Positions 11,214 to 22,188 are shown, numbered from the stretch's first letter. The stretch is 64,000 nt of DNA from a candidate division FCPU426 bacterium (GCA_963738405.1 CAVTWJ010000023.1:320001-384000), one strand, 5' to 3'. Notes: generated by a model from the letters alone, not told the origin. Translations and numbers: made by a program.

Positions 11214-13095
11214 CTATAAACCTTCTATGCCACAATTCCACCAAAAGCAAACCATATAGGATCAAATGGTGGTCTTTCTTGCCCGACATGTGTTCTTCGA
11301 TCAGTTTCTCGGTTTGGGCCGGATTGAAATAACCCCGGTCCTTGAACTTATCCGACCGAAGCAGGTCGACTACCAGAGGTTTTAATTCATTTCTGAACCA
11401 AGGTCCCAAGGGCACGGCAAAGCCCTTCTTTTGCCGGTAGATAATTTCTTTGGGAAGATACTTTTGCGCCGCTTGCTTAAGGATGTACTTTCCTTCCCCC
11501 TGACGAAGCTTCACGCCCGACGGTAAAGAAAAGGCGAATTCCACCAGCCGATGGTCTAGGTAGGGCACCCGGGCTTCCAGGGATGCCGCCATGCTCATCC
11601 GGTCCACCTTGTTCAACAGATCGTCCGGCAGCCAGGTTTTTAAATCCAGATAAAGCATCAGGTTGAAATTGTCGAAGCCGTAGGATTCTGCGGATTCGAA
11701 CAGGCGCTCGAGTGAATCTTCCACCTTCGATTGTTCCATTTCATAAAGCAGTTTTTCTCCCGCTAATTCTTCCAGGGTGGATTCCAAGCTCAAACGGGAC
11801 CAGGCCAAGTGCCGTTGGACTAGATCGGATTTTTGAAGCGCCTGCCATGCCTGGTGATAGGGGTCTTTCATACCCTTGGCCATGAAGGGCACCATTTTTT
11901 TAATCCATCCCGGCACTTTCCCCACCGCTCCAGCCAATTGGTCAAAGGAATATCGGCGGTAGCCGCCGAACATCTCATCCGCCCCTTCTCCCGTCAGCAC
12001 CACCTTCACTTCCTGCCGCGCGAACATGGAAACCACAAAGGTAGGCAGAACCGCCGGGTCGATCACCGGGTCGTCCTGGTATTTCACCAGCTTGGGGATC
12101 AGGTCGTTCAGCATCCGGGCGTCCACCATGATTTCCCGGTGCTGGCTCTTGAGAAACTTGGAAACCCTTTGCGAATATTTCAGTTCGTTGAAATCATGCT
12201 GGTTCTCAAACCCCACCGAGTAGGTCTTTACCGGCTTCTGGGTCTGGTTTGTCATGGCGGCCACGACCAGGGAAGAATCCAACCCGCCGGACAAGAAAGC
12301 CCCCAAGGGTACGTCGGCCATCAATTGTTCTTTCACGCTGGCGAAAAACCGTTCCTCTAGTTCTTCCGTCCAATCTTTAATCTTCGCTGGCGTTACTTCC
12401 TGGTCCACCCGCTCGGGCCTTTTGGGCAATTCCCAAAAGGGTTTCACCAAAATCTTCCCCGACTGGCAGATCAGCGTGTGGCCAGCGGGAAGCTTACGCA
12501 CGCCCTTCAGCAGGGTATCGGGCGAGGGAACATATTGAAGGGTCATAAGGGTAAGAATCTGCTTTGTATCTACCATTCGGGGAACCTTAGGAATCGCCAG
12601 AAGGGGTTTAATTTCCGACCCGAAAATCAGGTTCCCGTCGGCGGTGGTGTAATAAAGGGGCTTAACTCCCAAGTGATCCCGGGCGATCAAAAGCTTTTGG
12701 AATGTCTGGTCCCATAAGGCAAAGGCGAACATGCCACGCAATTTGCCTACAAAGGCATCCCCATATTCCTCGTAGGCATGTACCAAAACCTCGGTGTCGC
12801 TGTTGGTAGCGAACCGGTGCCCTGCCTTTTCCAGGGGTTTTCGAAGCTCCAGGTGGTTGTATATTTCTCCGTTAAAGACCACCCAGATGTTTTGGCGTTC
12901 GTTGGCCTGGGGCTGGCTCCCCCCCTGAACATCGACAATAGAAAGGCGGGTCATGGCCAGGCCCACCGGGCCCTTTTGGTAAAAGCCCGAATCGTCCGGC
13001 CCCCGGTGCTTGATGGTCTCCGCCATATCCTGGAGATGGTTCATCTTCAGGGGAACGCCCGGCTTAAATTGGCAAAAACCCGCTATACCGCACAT
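11206..13095 (-). CDS. asnB: Asparagine synthase (glutamine-hydrolysing)-family amidotransferase, probably glycan-associated
   Basis: MCGIAG N-terminal Cys, HRGPD, FNGEIYN, LSGGLDSS, GEGADE, KVDRMSMA. Confidence 0.92.
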   Translation of the reverse strand: MCGIAGFCQFKPGVPLKMNHLQDMAETIKHRGPDDSGFYQKGPVGLAMTRLSIVDVQGGSQPQANERQNIWVVFNGEIYNHLELRKPLEKAGHRFATNSDTEVLVHAYEEYGDAFVGKLRGMFAFALWDQTFQKLLIARDHLGVKPLYYTTADGNLIFGSEIKPLLAIPKVPRMVDTKQILTLMTLQYVPSPDTLLKGVRKLPAGHTLICQSGKILVKPFWELPKRPERVDQEVTPAKIKDWTEELEERFFASVKEQLMADVPLGAFLSGGLDSSLVVAAMTNQTQKPVKTYSVGFENQHDFNELKYSQRVSKFLKSQHREIMVDARMLNDLIPKLVKYQDDPVIDPAVLPTFVVSMFARQEVKVVLTGEGADEMFGGYRRYSFDQLAGAVGKVPGWIKKMVPFMAKGMKDPYHQAWQALQKSDLVQRHLAWSRLSLESTLEELAGEKLLYEMEQSKVEDSLERLFESAESYGFDNFNLMLYLDLKTWLPDDLLNKVDRMSMAASLEARVPYLDHRLVEFAFSLPSGVKLRQGEGKYILKQAAQKYLPKEIIYRQKKGFAVPLGPWFRNELKPLVVDLLRSDKFKDRGYFNPAQTEKLIEEHMSGKKDHHLILYGLLLVELWHRRFIDE

Positions 13096-13118
13096 GAAAG
13101 GATCCGTTCTTTAATAAA

Positions 13119-16100
13119 TTAGGTTTTTGCTCTTAGGAGAATCTGCTCCAGCATACGCCCTGAATTTTCCCAGCGGTAGGTTTTAAGGATATAGGCCTTT
13201 CCCTTGGCGGCTTTTAGCTTGGCCTTGCGGGGGTTTTTCAAAATCTCAACCACCTTCTGTGCAAAGGCTTCTTCCCCATCCGCCGTTTCAACGAAACTCT
13301 TCCCCTTGGCAACCATCCAACCGACCGCCTGAGGCGTAGCCACCACCGGCACCCCTAACCCTAAGGCTTGGGCTACCTTGTTTTGCATGCCCGAGGCGAC
13401 CCGCAAGGGAGCCACCGAAACCGTGGCCTGGGTGAAATAGGGAGAAACATCCGGCACCCAGCCGGTCACAAGAATGTTCTGGCCGTCATGGAACTTTTTC
13501 AGCTTTTTCCTCGGGCTCCCGCCCACAGCCGCAAAGAGTGCGTTAGGAATATGCGCCTTTACCTTGGGCCAGATATGTTTAAGAAACCAAAGGGCCCCTT
13601 CCTCATTGGGGGCATAGCCCATATTGCCAACGAAACAAACCACCGGCCTGCCTTTAGGATAAGCCACGTTCTTAGATGAAACTTTCCTTCCAATTGAAAC
13701 ACCATTGGGCACGATTTGAACCTTGTCTAATGGCGCCCCATTTTCCAAAAGGGTCTTAGCGTCCTGTTCGGATATCACCGTGCTTTGTGCGGACCGGCGG
13801 GCCCAATCCACTTCCTCGCTCTTCAAGAACCAGTAATCCCATTTGGCGGCCAGCTTTCTCGTAAAGGGCGCCCCTTTGAGGGTGCGAAGTTTTTCGGTAT
13901 AGCCAATCATCGAATCGGTCAATTCCAACACCACCGGTTTGCCGGGGTTTTCCGAGAAGGCCGCTGGGGCCATGCGGAGCCGGTGGGCCAAGACCACATC
14001 TACTGATTTGCCTTCGGCGCTCGCCCAAAAGGCCTTCAACACATCCCTCAGCTTGGGCGAATGGTAGCTCGACACATTAAGAGACCTTCCCAACAGCAAA
14101 CCGCCCACCAGGTTCATGGCTAAGTCCCAATCGGTCAAATGTTCCATATAGAGGCTTCGGCAAAGGGGGCGTAGGGCCTGGGCTTGTCCCAAATCTTCTT
14201 TCACCCGGGTCAAGCACATCAAATCAATCTGGTGTCCCCTCTTATGAAGATAGTAAAGGAAATGAAAAAGCCGAAGTTTATCCCCGTCGTGGGGGGGATA
14301 GGGCACCAGGGGAGTAACGATCAGAATTTTCAAAGGACGCCAAGGCGTGCGATTGGAAAGGGGTAAAGGCTTTGGTTTTAATTCCTCTTCCGTGTGAATC
14401 GAAACTTTCTCTGATAAGAACCTAAGGGTTAAAACCAAACACAAAACCACCCAAACGGCGGCAATCAGGAAACTTTTCAACTCAATCGGCGTCGCGTGAA
14501 AGGCCGGCTCCCATTGGGTCAGGGGAAGGTGCAAGGCATTCCCCAATAGTTTCAATATCCAATTCTCGCCCTGCAGGCGGTTGTACCTCATCCAAGGCAC
14601 GGCCGAAAGAAGCCCGTTCACCGCCACACCTACCCCGAATAAAAAGGCGGTTAGCTTGAACCATCCGCCCCGCATGGGAATCTTTTCCAATACAGGATAG
14701 AGCATGATCATCAAGAGCGGCGTCACCCCCACCATGTAGCGGGTCGCGGGGGTCAGCCCCAGGTTCTCATAAAAGCACATGAAGAGATAAAAGAACCCGA
14801 AGGTTCCCAGCACTAGGCGGCGCAGGGGATTTTCAGATTTCAAGAGCAGGATTCCGCCCGCGGCCATAAGAGCGAACACGGGAAAATGAAACCAAAGCCC
14901 GCATTCCTGGTCTAGGACCAATCCGAAAAATCCAATAAAAAACCGACTTAAGGGAAAGAGCGAAGCGAAGGGTTCGTGGTGCGCCCCCAGGGGTGTGAAG
15001 ACCCCATAGACCTTCAGGAAATAAAAAGCCAAAACCAGAGTCGGCGTTAAAAAGCCCCCAAAGCCCCGCCCTATGGCCTTCCAACGTTCTTTACCAAGAC
15101 TGCCCGTTTCCAAAACCAATAATAAGAGAAGGGGGATCACCAAAAGAACGTTGCGGTTGTGCATCCAAAGCATCAACCCTAAATCAACACCCAACAGTCC
15201 CCATCGTTTTTTCAAGAACAGCCACAATGCCAATGCCGTCAGGAGGGCGGTGGGAATTTCAGGATAGATCAACCCGGCGAACAACAAAACCGGGCTAGAA
15301 AAAAGCCCAATCCATGCCACGGCTTGAAGGGGCCAACCCTTCGCGCCCGTTTCTTCCATAACCTTGAGGGTTAAGAAAAGAGCCAGAGCCGCCATCAGAG
15401 CCATGGTCAAGGCAGCCCCCAGCCGTCCCAAAAGGGCGAAAACGGGCAAAACCAAAAGTACCGGACCTAAGGGGTGGTAACTGAATATCTTTCCATTCTC
15501 GAAATGGTCCAAACCTTGGGGAACCAAACTTCCCCGGTGATAAAAGCTCAGGTAATCCTGATTTTGGTAATTGTTGGCGAGATCCAGGTCCCCATCATGC
15601 AGAAGGCTGTAACCCATCAGCAAATAATGGGGTTCATCCCCGCTCAAATCGCATTGGGTGGTCCAGAGGGTCAGGCCTAAAAGAAAATAAAGGGCCACCC
15701 ACCCGAACATCCTGGAATAAACACCCCCTTCCTTCCCCACCCTTGCCAACAGCCAACCGGCAAAGAGAAACAAATGGGCCGTCCACATGACTCCGAAAAG
15801 AATCTGGATTTTCCGCAGTACGAAATTATGGGGATCGGGAAGGGTTAGGTTCACGACTGTCGGCAGTGCCCAGCCCAATACCCAGGGCACGTGGGTTAAA
15901 AGCAAAGGCGTAAGAAATGCTTTGGTGGGATTCGGCTCAAGGGAACGGACGAGCAGGCCTTCCAAAATCAAAACCAGCAAAAAAGCCGCAAGGAACATTT
16001 CGCCAAAAAGAGAGGAACGGCCCGGAAGATCGGAAAAGAATAACCCCGCCGCGACACCAAATTGATTCAGCGAATAACTAAGCGACAAAAACAAAACAAG

Positions 16101-16142
16101 GTTGCCAAAGTTGAAGTTTTTGCCTGGGCCGGGCGGGTTCAA
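13119..16142 (-). CDS. Fusion of a multi-TM GT-C-like domain and a C-terminal GT4 glycosyltransferase
   Basis: N-half hydrophobic with SGDEPHYLL; C-half has VPYPPHDGDKLR, VPNGV, FVGNMGYAPN, SGMQNKVAQALGLGVPVV. Confidence 0.8.
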   Translation of the reverse strand: MNPPGPGKNFNFGNLVLFLSLSYSLNQFGVAAGLFFSDLPGRSSLFGEMFLAAFLLVLILEGLLVRSLEPNPTKAFLTPLLLTHVPWVLGWALPTVVNLTLPDPHNFVLRKIQILFGVMWTAHLFLFAGWLLARVGKEGGVYSRMFGWVALYFLLGLTLWTTQCDLSGDEPHYLLMGYSLLHDGDLDLANNYQNQDYLSFYHRGSLVPQGLDHFENGKIFSYHPLGPVLLVLPVFALLGRLGAALTMALMAALALFLTLKVMEETGAKGWPLQAVAWIGLFSSPVLLFAGLIYPEIPTALLTALALWLFLKKRWGLLGVDLGLMLWMHNRNVLLVIPLLLLLVLETGSLGKERWKAIGRGFGGFLTPTLVLAFYFLKVYGVFTPLGAHHEPFASLFPLSRFFIGFFGLVLDQECGLWFHFPVFALMAAGGILLLKSENPLRRLVLGTFGFFYLFMCFYENLGLTPATRYMVGVTPLLMIMLYPVLEKIPMRGGWFKLTAFLFGVGVAVNGLLSAVPWMRYNRLQGENWILKLLGNALHLPLTQWEPAFHATPIELKSFLIAAVWVVLCLVLTLRFLSEKVSIHTEEELKPKPLPLSNRTPWRPLKILIVTPLVPYPPHDGDKLRLFHFLYYLHKRGHQIDLMCLTRVKEDLGQAQALRPLCRSLYMEHLTDWDLAMNLVGGLLLGRSLNVSSYHSPKLRDVLKAFWASAEGKSVDVVLAHRLRMAPAAFSENPGKPVVLELTDSMIGYTEKLRTLKGAPFTRKLAAKWDYWFLKSEEVDWARRSAQSTVISEQDAKTLLENGAPLDKVQIVPNGVSIGRKVSSKNVAYPKGRPVVCFVGNMGYAPNEEGALWFLKHIWPKVKAHIPNALFAAVGGSPRKKLKKFHDGQNILVTGWVPDVSPYFTQATVSVAPLRVASGMQNKVAQALGLGVPVVATPQAVGWMVAKGKSFVETADGEEAFAQKVVEILKNPRKAKLKAAKGKAYILKTYRWENSGRMLEQILLRAKT

Positions 16143-17353
16143 GCCCTTCCCTCCCTTTGGCCCATGCGCTCATAAACCGGCAAGGTCAGCCGGGCGGTTT
16201 TTTCCCAAGTAAAGAGCTTGGCCCGGGCCGAGCCCTTGGCGATCAAGGCCTTCCTTAAGGCGGGTTTGCGGTAGAGGTTTTCTACCGTCTTGGCGATGTC
16301 TTGTGGGTCTTCGGGGTTTACCAAAGCCGCAGCGTTGCCAGCGACTTCGGGTAAGGATGTCGAATTGGAAGTCACTACCGGAACCCCGGCGGAAAAAGCC
16401 TCCAGCACCGGCAAGCCGAAACCTTCCAGCCGGGAGGGATATAGAAAAAGGTCCACGTCCGCGTAGATGGCTCGAAGAATGTCATGAGTCACGTTGCCAA
16501 CCCACTCCAACTCTCCCCCCAGGTCCAAATCAATGGCTTCCTGCAGGTACCGGGTACTTCGCATCTCCGCCTCATCCATTCCCACGATCAAGATTTGAAA
16601 GGGCAGTTTCCTGGTTTTTAAAATATGGGCAGCCTTCAGGATATTCGAGAGGTTTTTGCGGTCGTCCGCCGCGCCATGCACCAGAACCTTGAAGAGCTTA
16701 GAGGGTTTTCGCGCCTTCTTGGCGAAGGCGCTTCGATCCACCCCCTCCAGCGTAACCGTGACCTTGTCTTCCGGGACACCCGTGGTTCTTATGATCTCTT
16801 TCTTTGAATATTCGGACACGGTGAGTATCTGCCGGGCCTTCTGAGCGGACCGGGGAACAACCCATTGTTTATATCCATATACCAGCCGGTACCAAAGGGA
16901 GGGCCTGGGACGAACTTGGGAGAGGGGACGCACATGCATGGCGTCATGCAGGGTCAAAACATAAGGAAAGTTGGTAAAGGTCGTGCCAGAGTTGTCAGTG
17001 TAATGAAGAAAATCCAACCCTTTCTCATGCGCGGCCTTGGGTAGAAGCCATTGTTCATATTGGGCCGGGTTGCCGAAGGGCAGATCCACGAACTCAAACC
17101 GGGCATTACGTATCTGCGAGCGCAGGTTTTCAGGCGCGTTAAAGAGGGTGTATTGGTTGCGACGGTCAATCTTGGACAAGGCCAGCAAAAGATTGGCGGT
17201 ATAGGTGCCGACGCCCCGGCGGTAGGCCAGCCGGGCGTCGAAACCGATCTTCAGGCCCTTAGGGCTTGGCTTTCTTGGCACGGTCCACGATGAGTACGGG
17301 GATCCCGTTTTCGATCGGATATTGGTTTTTGCATTCGGCGCAGACAATGGCAT
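16139..17353 (-). CDS. GT4 glycosyltransferase
   Basis: IGFDAR, GVGTY, EGFGLPVLEA motif. Confidence 0.9.
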   Translation of the reverse strand: MPLSAPNAKTNIRSKTGSPYSSWTVPRKPSPKGLKIGFDARLAYRRGVGTYTANLLLALSKIDRRNQYTLFNAPENLRSQIRNARFEFVDLPFGNPAQYEQWLLPKAAHEKGLDFLHYTDNSGTTFTNFPYVLTLHDAMHVRPLSQVRPRPSLWYRLVYGYKQWVVPRSAQKARQILTVSEYSKKEIIRTTGVPEDKVTVTLEGVDRSAFAKKARKPSKLFKVLVHGAADDRKNLSNILKAAHILKTRKLPFQILIVGMDEAEMRSTRYLQEAIDLDLGGELEWVGNVTHDILRAIYADVDLFLYPSRLEGFGLPVLEAFSAGVPVVTSNSTSLPEVAGNAAALVNPEDPQDIAKTVENLYRKPALRKALIAKGSARAKLFTWEKTARLTLPVYERMGQREGRA

Positions 17354-17436
17354 CTTTGATCTCCCGCACGGCCGACCCGCAAGCGGGGCAGATGAGAATG
17401 TTCAATAAATCAGGTGAAATCACGCTTTCCTCTTTT

Positions 17437-18210
17437 TCAGGTTTTTTTCGTTGTGGCTTTCAGCAGGATTCCCCCTCCCATGCCGGGCAGGAAGGATTTT
17501 CCGATGGAATCCGTAAATGCGAGAAGGTTTCGGCTCATCGAATCGCCCAACAGGGTCAGAATCCGCTCAAAAATCCTGGGCAATTTCAGGTAATTATAGG
17601 TTTGCACTTCCACCCTGTCAAACTGGGCCTCGACGGCCAGTTTTTCGAGTTCTTCGGGACCGAAAAAGAAAAGATGATCGGTTTGTTTGGCCTTATGCGC
17701 CGCGTTCACGAAGGGAAAGAGCCGTTTGAAGTAGGATTGGTCGTTGGTCACCGACACCACCAGCACACCACCCGGCTTCAAAAGCCTTTTTGCCTCGGTT
17801 AAAACTTTCGAGGGATCGAAGCAATGGTCGATCACTTCTTTCACCACGATCCCATGGACTGACATGTCGGGCAGAGGTACCTGCTCGGCCAGCCCTTGAA
17901 TGAACCCCAGACCGAATGTGGGAATGTCCCTTTGCTTCAATTGCTCGGCGGAAGGCTCCACCCCTAGGTAGTTCCATGCCCTTCCCCGGTTTTTGAGAAA
18001 GAGGGCGAATTCCCCCCGACCCGCGCCCAGATCCGCCAAAAAAGGTTGGCTTGCGCCGGATTCTTTGAAGTTTTCTTCCAGAATCGCCTCGACCTTCTCA
18101 TCCAATCGGCGGTAGCGTAGTTTCATCAGGGGCGTCAGGGATTTCAAAAAATCGTCGTCATCCCAATGGGACTGCAATTGCTTCCATTTTTGATAAGCGG
18201 GTTTTTCCAT
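17437..18210 (-). CDS. Class I SAM-dependent methyltransferase
   Basis: DLGAGRG motif I, LKPGGVL; likely start ATG 18210. Confidence 0.85.
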   Translation of the reverse strand: MEKPAYQKWKQLQSHWDDDDFLKSLTPLMKLRYRRLDEKVEAILEENFKESGASQPFLADLGAGRGEFALFLKNRGRAWNYLGVEPSAEQLKQRDIPTFGLGFIQGLAEQVPLPDMSVHGIVVKEVIDHCFDPSKVLTEAKRLLKPGGVLVVSVTNDQSYFKRLFPFVNAAHKAKQTDHLFFFGPEELEKLAVEAQFDRVEVQTYNYLKLPRIFERILTLLGDSMSRNLLAFTDSIGKSFLPGMGGGILLKATTKKT

Positions 18211-18217
18211 TGAGGAT

Positions 18218-18832
18218 TTATCCAATAAAGGGGATGGCCCAAAAGACGGCCGTGAGGATGAAAAGGATAGCATAGAAGATAAGGAAGACCGCCGTCAGGG
18301 GCTCCAAAAAATAATGCAAGACGACCCGGACCATACCTTCGGGTGTCGCTAGACCTGCGGGTGTATGTTTCCGGGCCCTCCCCAATGCCCGGTTCAACCG
18401 ATCACTGTCCTTGAAGCGGCTGACGAAAAATCGCGTCATAATCCACTGAAAAAATCTCGAAAAGGGTTTTAAGACTTCATGAAAGAAAACCTGAATCTTT
18501 TCCGTCCATTCTTTCCCGATTGCGCCCGCTGTCAGGGGAACCAATTGGGCCACCGCCTGAAACAAGAGGGAGAGAAAATGATCCAAGACCCTTTGAAGCG
18601 CGAAGGCCCATCCCGCCAGAAACCCCATCACGCCCCCTACCAGATAAAAGTAAGGCATCGGCCCCGGGGAGCCCCGAAGGGCGCCGTAAAGCAAACCCAA
18701 ACCTCCGGCCAGGCAAAGGCCCACCGCGATTCCTAAGATCAAGGCCTGGGCGAATATTCGAATCAATGGACGCAAAGGTTCCTCCTGAAGCAAGGCATAT
18801 AGTAACGGACCTCCCTCTTTCTCAGTTTTCAT
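18218..18832 (-). CDS. Hypothetical membrane protein
   Basis: ORF with several hydrophobic segments, directly upstream of the methyltransferase. Confidence 0.6.
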   Translation of the reverse strand: MKTEKEGGPLLYALLQEEPLRPLIRIFAQALILGIAVGLCLAGGLGLLYGALRGSPGPMPYFYLVGGVMGFLAGWAFALQRVLDHFLSLLFQAVAQLVPLTAGAIGKEWTEKIQVFFHEVLKPFSRFFQWIMTRFFVSRFKDSDRLNRALGRARKHTPAGLATPEGMVRVVLHYFLEPLTAVFLIFYAILFILTAVFWAIPFIG

Positions 18833-18968
18833 TTGTCGAACAAAAAAGAAGCGAACGAACAAATCTGTATTGTTAAGAACCCTTGCGGCCCTCCAAAGCC
18901 CGGTTTTCTTCCGATTTATTGGCCCCCTTTATGCTTTCTCATCCTCATATCTCAATTAAGGATTTCCT

Positions 18969-20435
18969 ATGTCCTTTGAAAAATACGACACGGATACATT
19001 TTATGACGAGCTCTTCGAACAGGGCGGCATTCCCCGTTCAAGCGCCGCCCCCCTCATCCATCGGTTGAAATCCATGAGCCCGGCCGACCTCTTGCGCCAG
19101 CAAAAGGCCGCCGAGAGCGAGTTCCACCAATTGGGCATCACCTTCACCGTTTATGGGGACAAGGCCGGAACCGAAAAAATTTTTCCCTTCGACATTATTC
19201 CCCGCATCGTGGATCACGGGGAATGGGCGCAAATCGAGAAGGGCTTGACCCAGCGCATCCGGGCCCTGAATCTTTTTTTGGACGACATCTACCACGGCCA
19301 AAAAATACTAAAAGAAAACATCATCCCCGCCGACATCGTGCGGACCTCCTCCGGTTTCAAACCCGAATGCTTAGGGCTCAACCCGCCCGGAGGAATCTGG
19401 ATCCACGTCACCGGCACCGACCTGGTTCGCGACCAGGATGGAAAATATTACGTGTTGGAAGACAACCTGCGATGCCCTTCGGGGGTTTCTTATGTTCTTG
19501 AAAACCGCAGTGTCTTGAAGCGCACCCTGCCCCGCGTATTTGAGGACATGGCGGTCAGGCCCGTTGACGATTATCCCCACCGGCTTCTGGACACCCTTTG
19601 CCAAACGGCGCCCAAGGGGGCTAAAGCCAACCCCAAGGTCGTGGTCCTGACCCCGGGACCCTACAATTCGGCTTATTTTGAGCACGCCTTCCTGGCCCAG
19701 CAAATGGGCGTGGAACTGGTGGAGGGCCGGGACCTAGTGGTTTTGGATGGCTACGTCATGGCCCGCACCACCAAGGGTTTCGAACGGGTGGATGTCATCT
19801 ACCGCCGGGTGGACGACGATTTTATCGATCCCCTGGTCTTCAATAAAGAATCCCACTTGGGAATATCCGGCTTAATGGAGGTTTACCGAAAGGGAAGGGT
19901 GACCCTAGCCAACGCGCCCGGCACCGGCGTGGCCGACGACAAGGGGGTCTATACCTACGTTCCCGCCATCATCCGGTTTTACTTGGGTGAAGAACCTATC
20001 CTCCCCAACGTCCCCTCCTACGTCTGCTGGGAGCCTTCCCAACGAAAATACGTTTTGGAAAACCTGGACAAACTGGTGGTAAAGGCCGTTAACCAGTCGG
20101 GGGGCTATGGCATGCTGGTAGGCCCCCACTCCACCCTGGAAGATCAAAAAAAATTCGCCGAGCTGATCCAAAAAAATCCAAGGGACTACATCGCCCAGCC
20201 CACCCTCTCACTTTCCCGCGCGCCGATTATCGTCAACGACCACTTCGAGGGGCGTCACGTGGACCTTCGCCCCTACATTCTTTACGGCAAGGCGCCCTAC
20301 ATCATTCCGGGGGGCCTGACCCGTGTGGCGCTGAAAAAAGGTTCGCTCGTGGTGAATTCCTCCCAGGGCGGCGGAAGCAAAGACACCTGGGTTTTAGCTG
20401 AGAAGCCTTTGGCCTCCCCGGCGGGGGGGAAATAA
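18969..20435 (+). CDS. Circularly permuted type 2 ATP-grasp protein
   Basis: PFDIIPR, LEDNLRCPSGVSY, NSAYFEH, VDVIYRRVDD, VVNSSQGGGSKDTWV. Confidence 0.93.
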   Translation: MSFEKYDTDTFYDELFEQGGIPRSSAAPLIHRLKSMSPADLLRQQKAAESEFHQLGITFTVYGDKAGTEKIFPFDIIPRIVDHGEWAQIEKGLTQRIRALNLFLDDIYHGQKILKENIIPADIVRTSSGFKPECLGLNPPGGIWIHVTGTDLVRDQDGKYYVLEDNLRCPSGVSYVLENRSVLKRTLPRVFEDMAVRPVDDYPHRLLDTLCQTAPKGAKANPKVVVLTPGPYNSAYFEHAFLAQQMGVELVEGRDLVVLDGYVMARTTKGFERVDVIYRRVDDDFIDPLVFNKESHLGISGLMEVYRKGRVTLANAPGTGVADDKGVYTYVPAIIRFYLGEEPILPNVPSYVCWEPSQRKYVLENLDKLVVKAVNQSGGYGMLVGPHSTLEDQKKFAELIQKNPRDYIAQPTLSLSRAPIIVNDHFEGRHVDLRPYILYGKAPYIIPGGLTRVALKKGSLVVNSSQGGGSKDTWVLAEKPLASPAGGK

Positions 20436-20437
20436 CC

Positions 20438-21439
20438 ATGCTCTCCCGTTTGGCCGATTCCCTCTTTTGGCTTGGGCGCTATGTCGAGCGCGCGGAAAAC
20501 GTGGCTCGGTTTATCGGCGTCAACCTGAACCTCATGCTTGATATGCCCATGGAGCAATCCCAGCAGTGGCGCCCCCTGGCCGTCACCACCGGCGACTATG
20601 CGGCCTTCGTGAATGCTTATGGGGAACCCACCCGAGAGAACGTAATTCGGTTTCTTGTCTATGACCCCCACAACCCCAACTCGGTGCTTTCCTGCCTTCA
20701 AAAGGCCCGAGAAAACGCCCGCACCAGCCGGGAGGTGATTTCATCGGAAATGTGGGAGCACGTGAACGTCTTTTATCATTACGTCAGCGGCGCCCTCAAC
20801 AACCCGCCCAACGACGACTTTCTGTACCAGTTCTGCCGCCAGGTCCGCTTCAACAGCCATCTCCTGACCGGCCTCTCCGACGATACGCTCTCTCACAACG
20901 AGGCCTGGCATTTCCTTCGTTTAGGCAGGCTGTTCGAGCGGGCCGACAAGACCGCCAGAATCTTGGACGTAAAGTATTTCATCCTCCTGCCCAAGGTGGA
21001 GGATATCGGCACCCCCTTTGACGTGATCCTCTGGACCGCCCTTTTGAAATCCGCTTCCGCCAGCGAGATGTATCGAAAAAAGCACAGCCTCATCCACCCC
21101 GCCAAGGTGGCCGAGTTTTTGATGCTGGACCCGGACTTTCCCCGCTCCATGCGCTACTGCCTGGTGAATGCCGAAAAATCGCTCCGGGCCATCGGCAACA
21201 CCCCGCCGGGCACTTATTCCAACAACGCGGAAAAACAATTGGGGCTCCTGCGGGCGGAACTGGACTACGCCGAGATCGGCGAGATTATCAAGAATGGTTT
21301 GCACGAATACCTCGATAACTTCGAGGCGAAGTTGAATTCGGTGGGCGATGCGCTTTTCACGGTATTCCTGGCCTTCAGGCCCCTGCCAAGCGTTACCCCG
21401 CGTAGTGAAATAAGACAAATGGAGACACAGGAACAATGA
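20438..21439 (+). CDS. Alpha-E domain protein
   Basis: MLSRLADSLFWLGRYVERAEN, ARENAR, ERADKTAR, FPRS motifs. Confidence 0.92.
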   Translation: MLSRLADSLFWLGRYVERAENVARFIGVNLNLMLDMPMEQSQQWRPLAVTTGDYAAFVNAYGEPTRENVIRFLVYDPHNPNSVLSCLQKARENARTSREVISSEMWEHVNVFYHYVSGALNNPPNDDFLYQFCRQVRFNSHLLTGLSDDTLSHNEAWHFLRLGRLFERADKTARILDVKYFILLPKVEDIGTPFDVILWTALLKSASASEMYRKKHSLIHPAKVAEFLMLDPDFPRSMRYCLVNAEKSLRAIGNTPPGTYSNNAEKQLGLLRAELDYAEIGEIIKNGLHEYLDNFEAKLNSVGDALFTVFLAFRPLPSVTPRSEIRQMETQEQ

Positions 21440-22188
21440 CCTTTTGCATCGCCATGAAAGTAAAAGAAGGCCTGGTGGCCCTGGCCGACACCCGCATCAC
21501 CAGCGGTACCGAGCACATCACGGGGAAAAAGGTTTCGGTTCATCCCAACGGAAACCATCCCCTCTTCCTGATGACCTCAGGGCTTAGATCCGCGAGGGAC
21601 AAGGCCCTGACCTATTTTCAGGAGGTATTGGAGGAGCCGGGAGCCCATTTCGACAAACTGTATAAGGCCGTCAACGCCTTCGCCGAGCAGCTGCGGCGCG
21701 TGGCCAAGGAGGACAAGGACGCGCTGGAAACCAGCGGCTACCACTTTAATTTGTTTTCCATCATGGGGGGCCAGCTTTCCGCCGATTCCGAGCACAAGTT
21801 GTACCTGATCTATCCCCAGGGCAACTGGGTGGAAGTCACGGAGAGCACCCCCTATTACGCCATTGGGGAGTCCAGCTACGGAAAACCCCTCTTGGATCGG
21901 GCCCTGAATTTCGACAGCAGTATGGAGCTGGCCCTGAAGGTGGGCTACCTGGCTTTTGAGGCCACCCGTTCCAGCGCCACCGACGTGGATTTCCCTATCG
22001 ACGTGGTCCTCTACCACAAGGGCTCCTTCATGATGGATGAGATCCGCTATGACCAGAAGGACATGGCCGCCGTTTCCGAGTGGTGGAAAACCAGGGTCCG
22101 CGAGACGGTGGAATTGTGCCCCTCCGAATGGGCGAAGGAAGCCCTGGAAAAGAAATCAAATCTGAGGGCTGTGGATTCCGGGGCCTAA
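21436..22188 (+). CDS. Anbu proteasome-like Ntn peptidase
   Basis: M-TFC start (Thr1 nucleophile), ADTR, IYPQGNW, IGESSYGKP; operon context. Confidence 0.9.
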   Translation: MTFCIAMKVKEGLVALADTRITSGTEHITGKKVSVHPNGNHPLFLMTSGLRSARDKALTYFQEVLEEPGAHFDKLYKAVNAFAEQLRRVAKEDKDALETSGYHFNLFSIMGGQLSADSEHKLYLIYPQGNWVEVTESTPYYAIGESSYGKPLLDRALNFDSSMELALKVGYLAFEATRSSATDVDFPIDVVLYHKGSFMMDEIRYDQKDMAAVSEWWKTRVRETVELCPSEWAKEALEKKSNLRAVDSGA

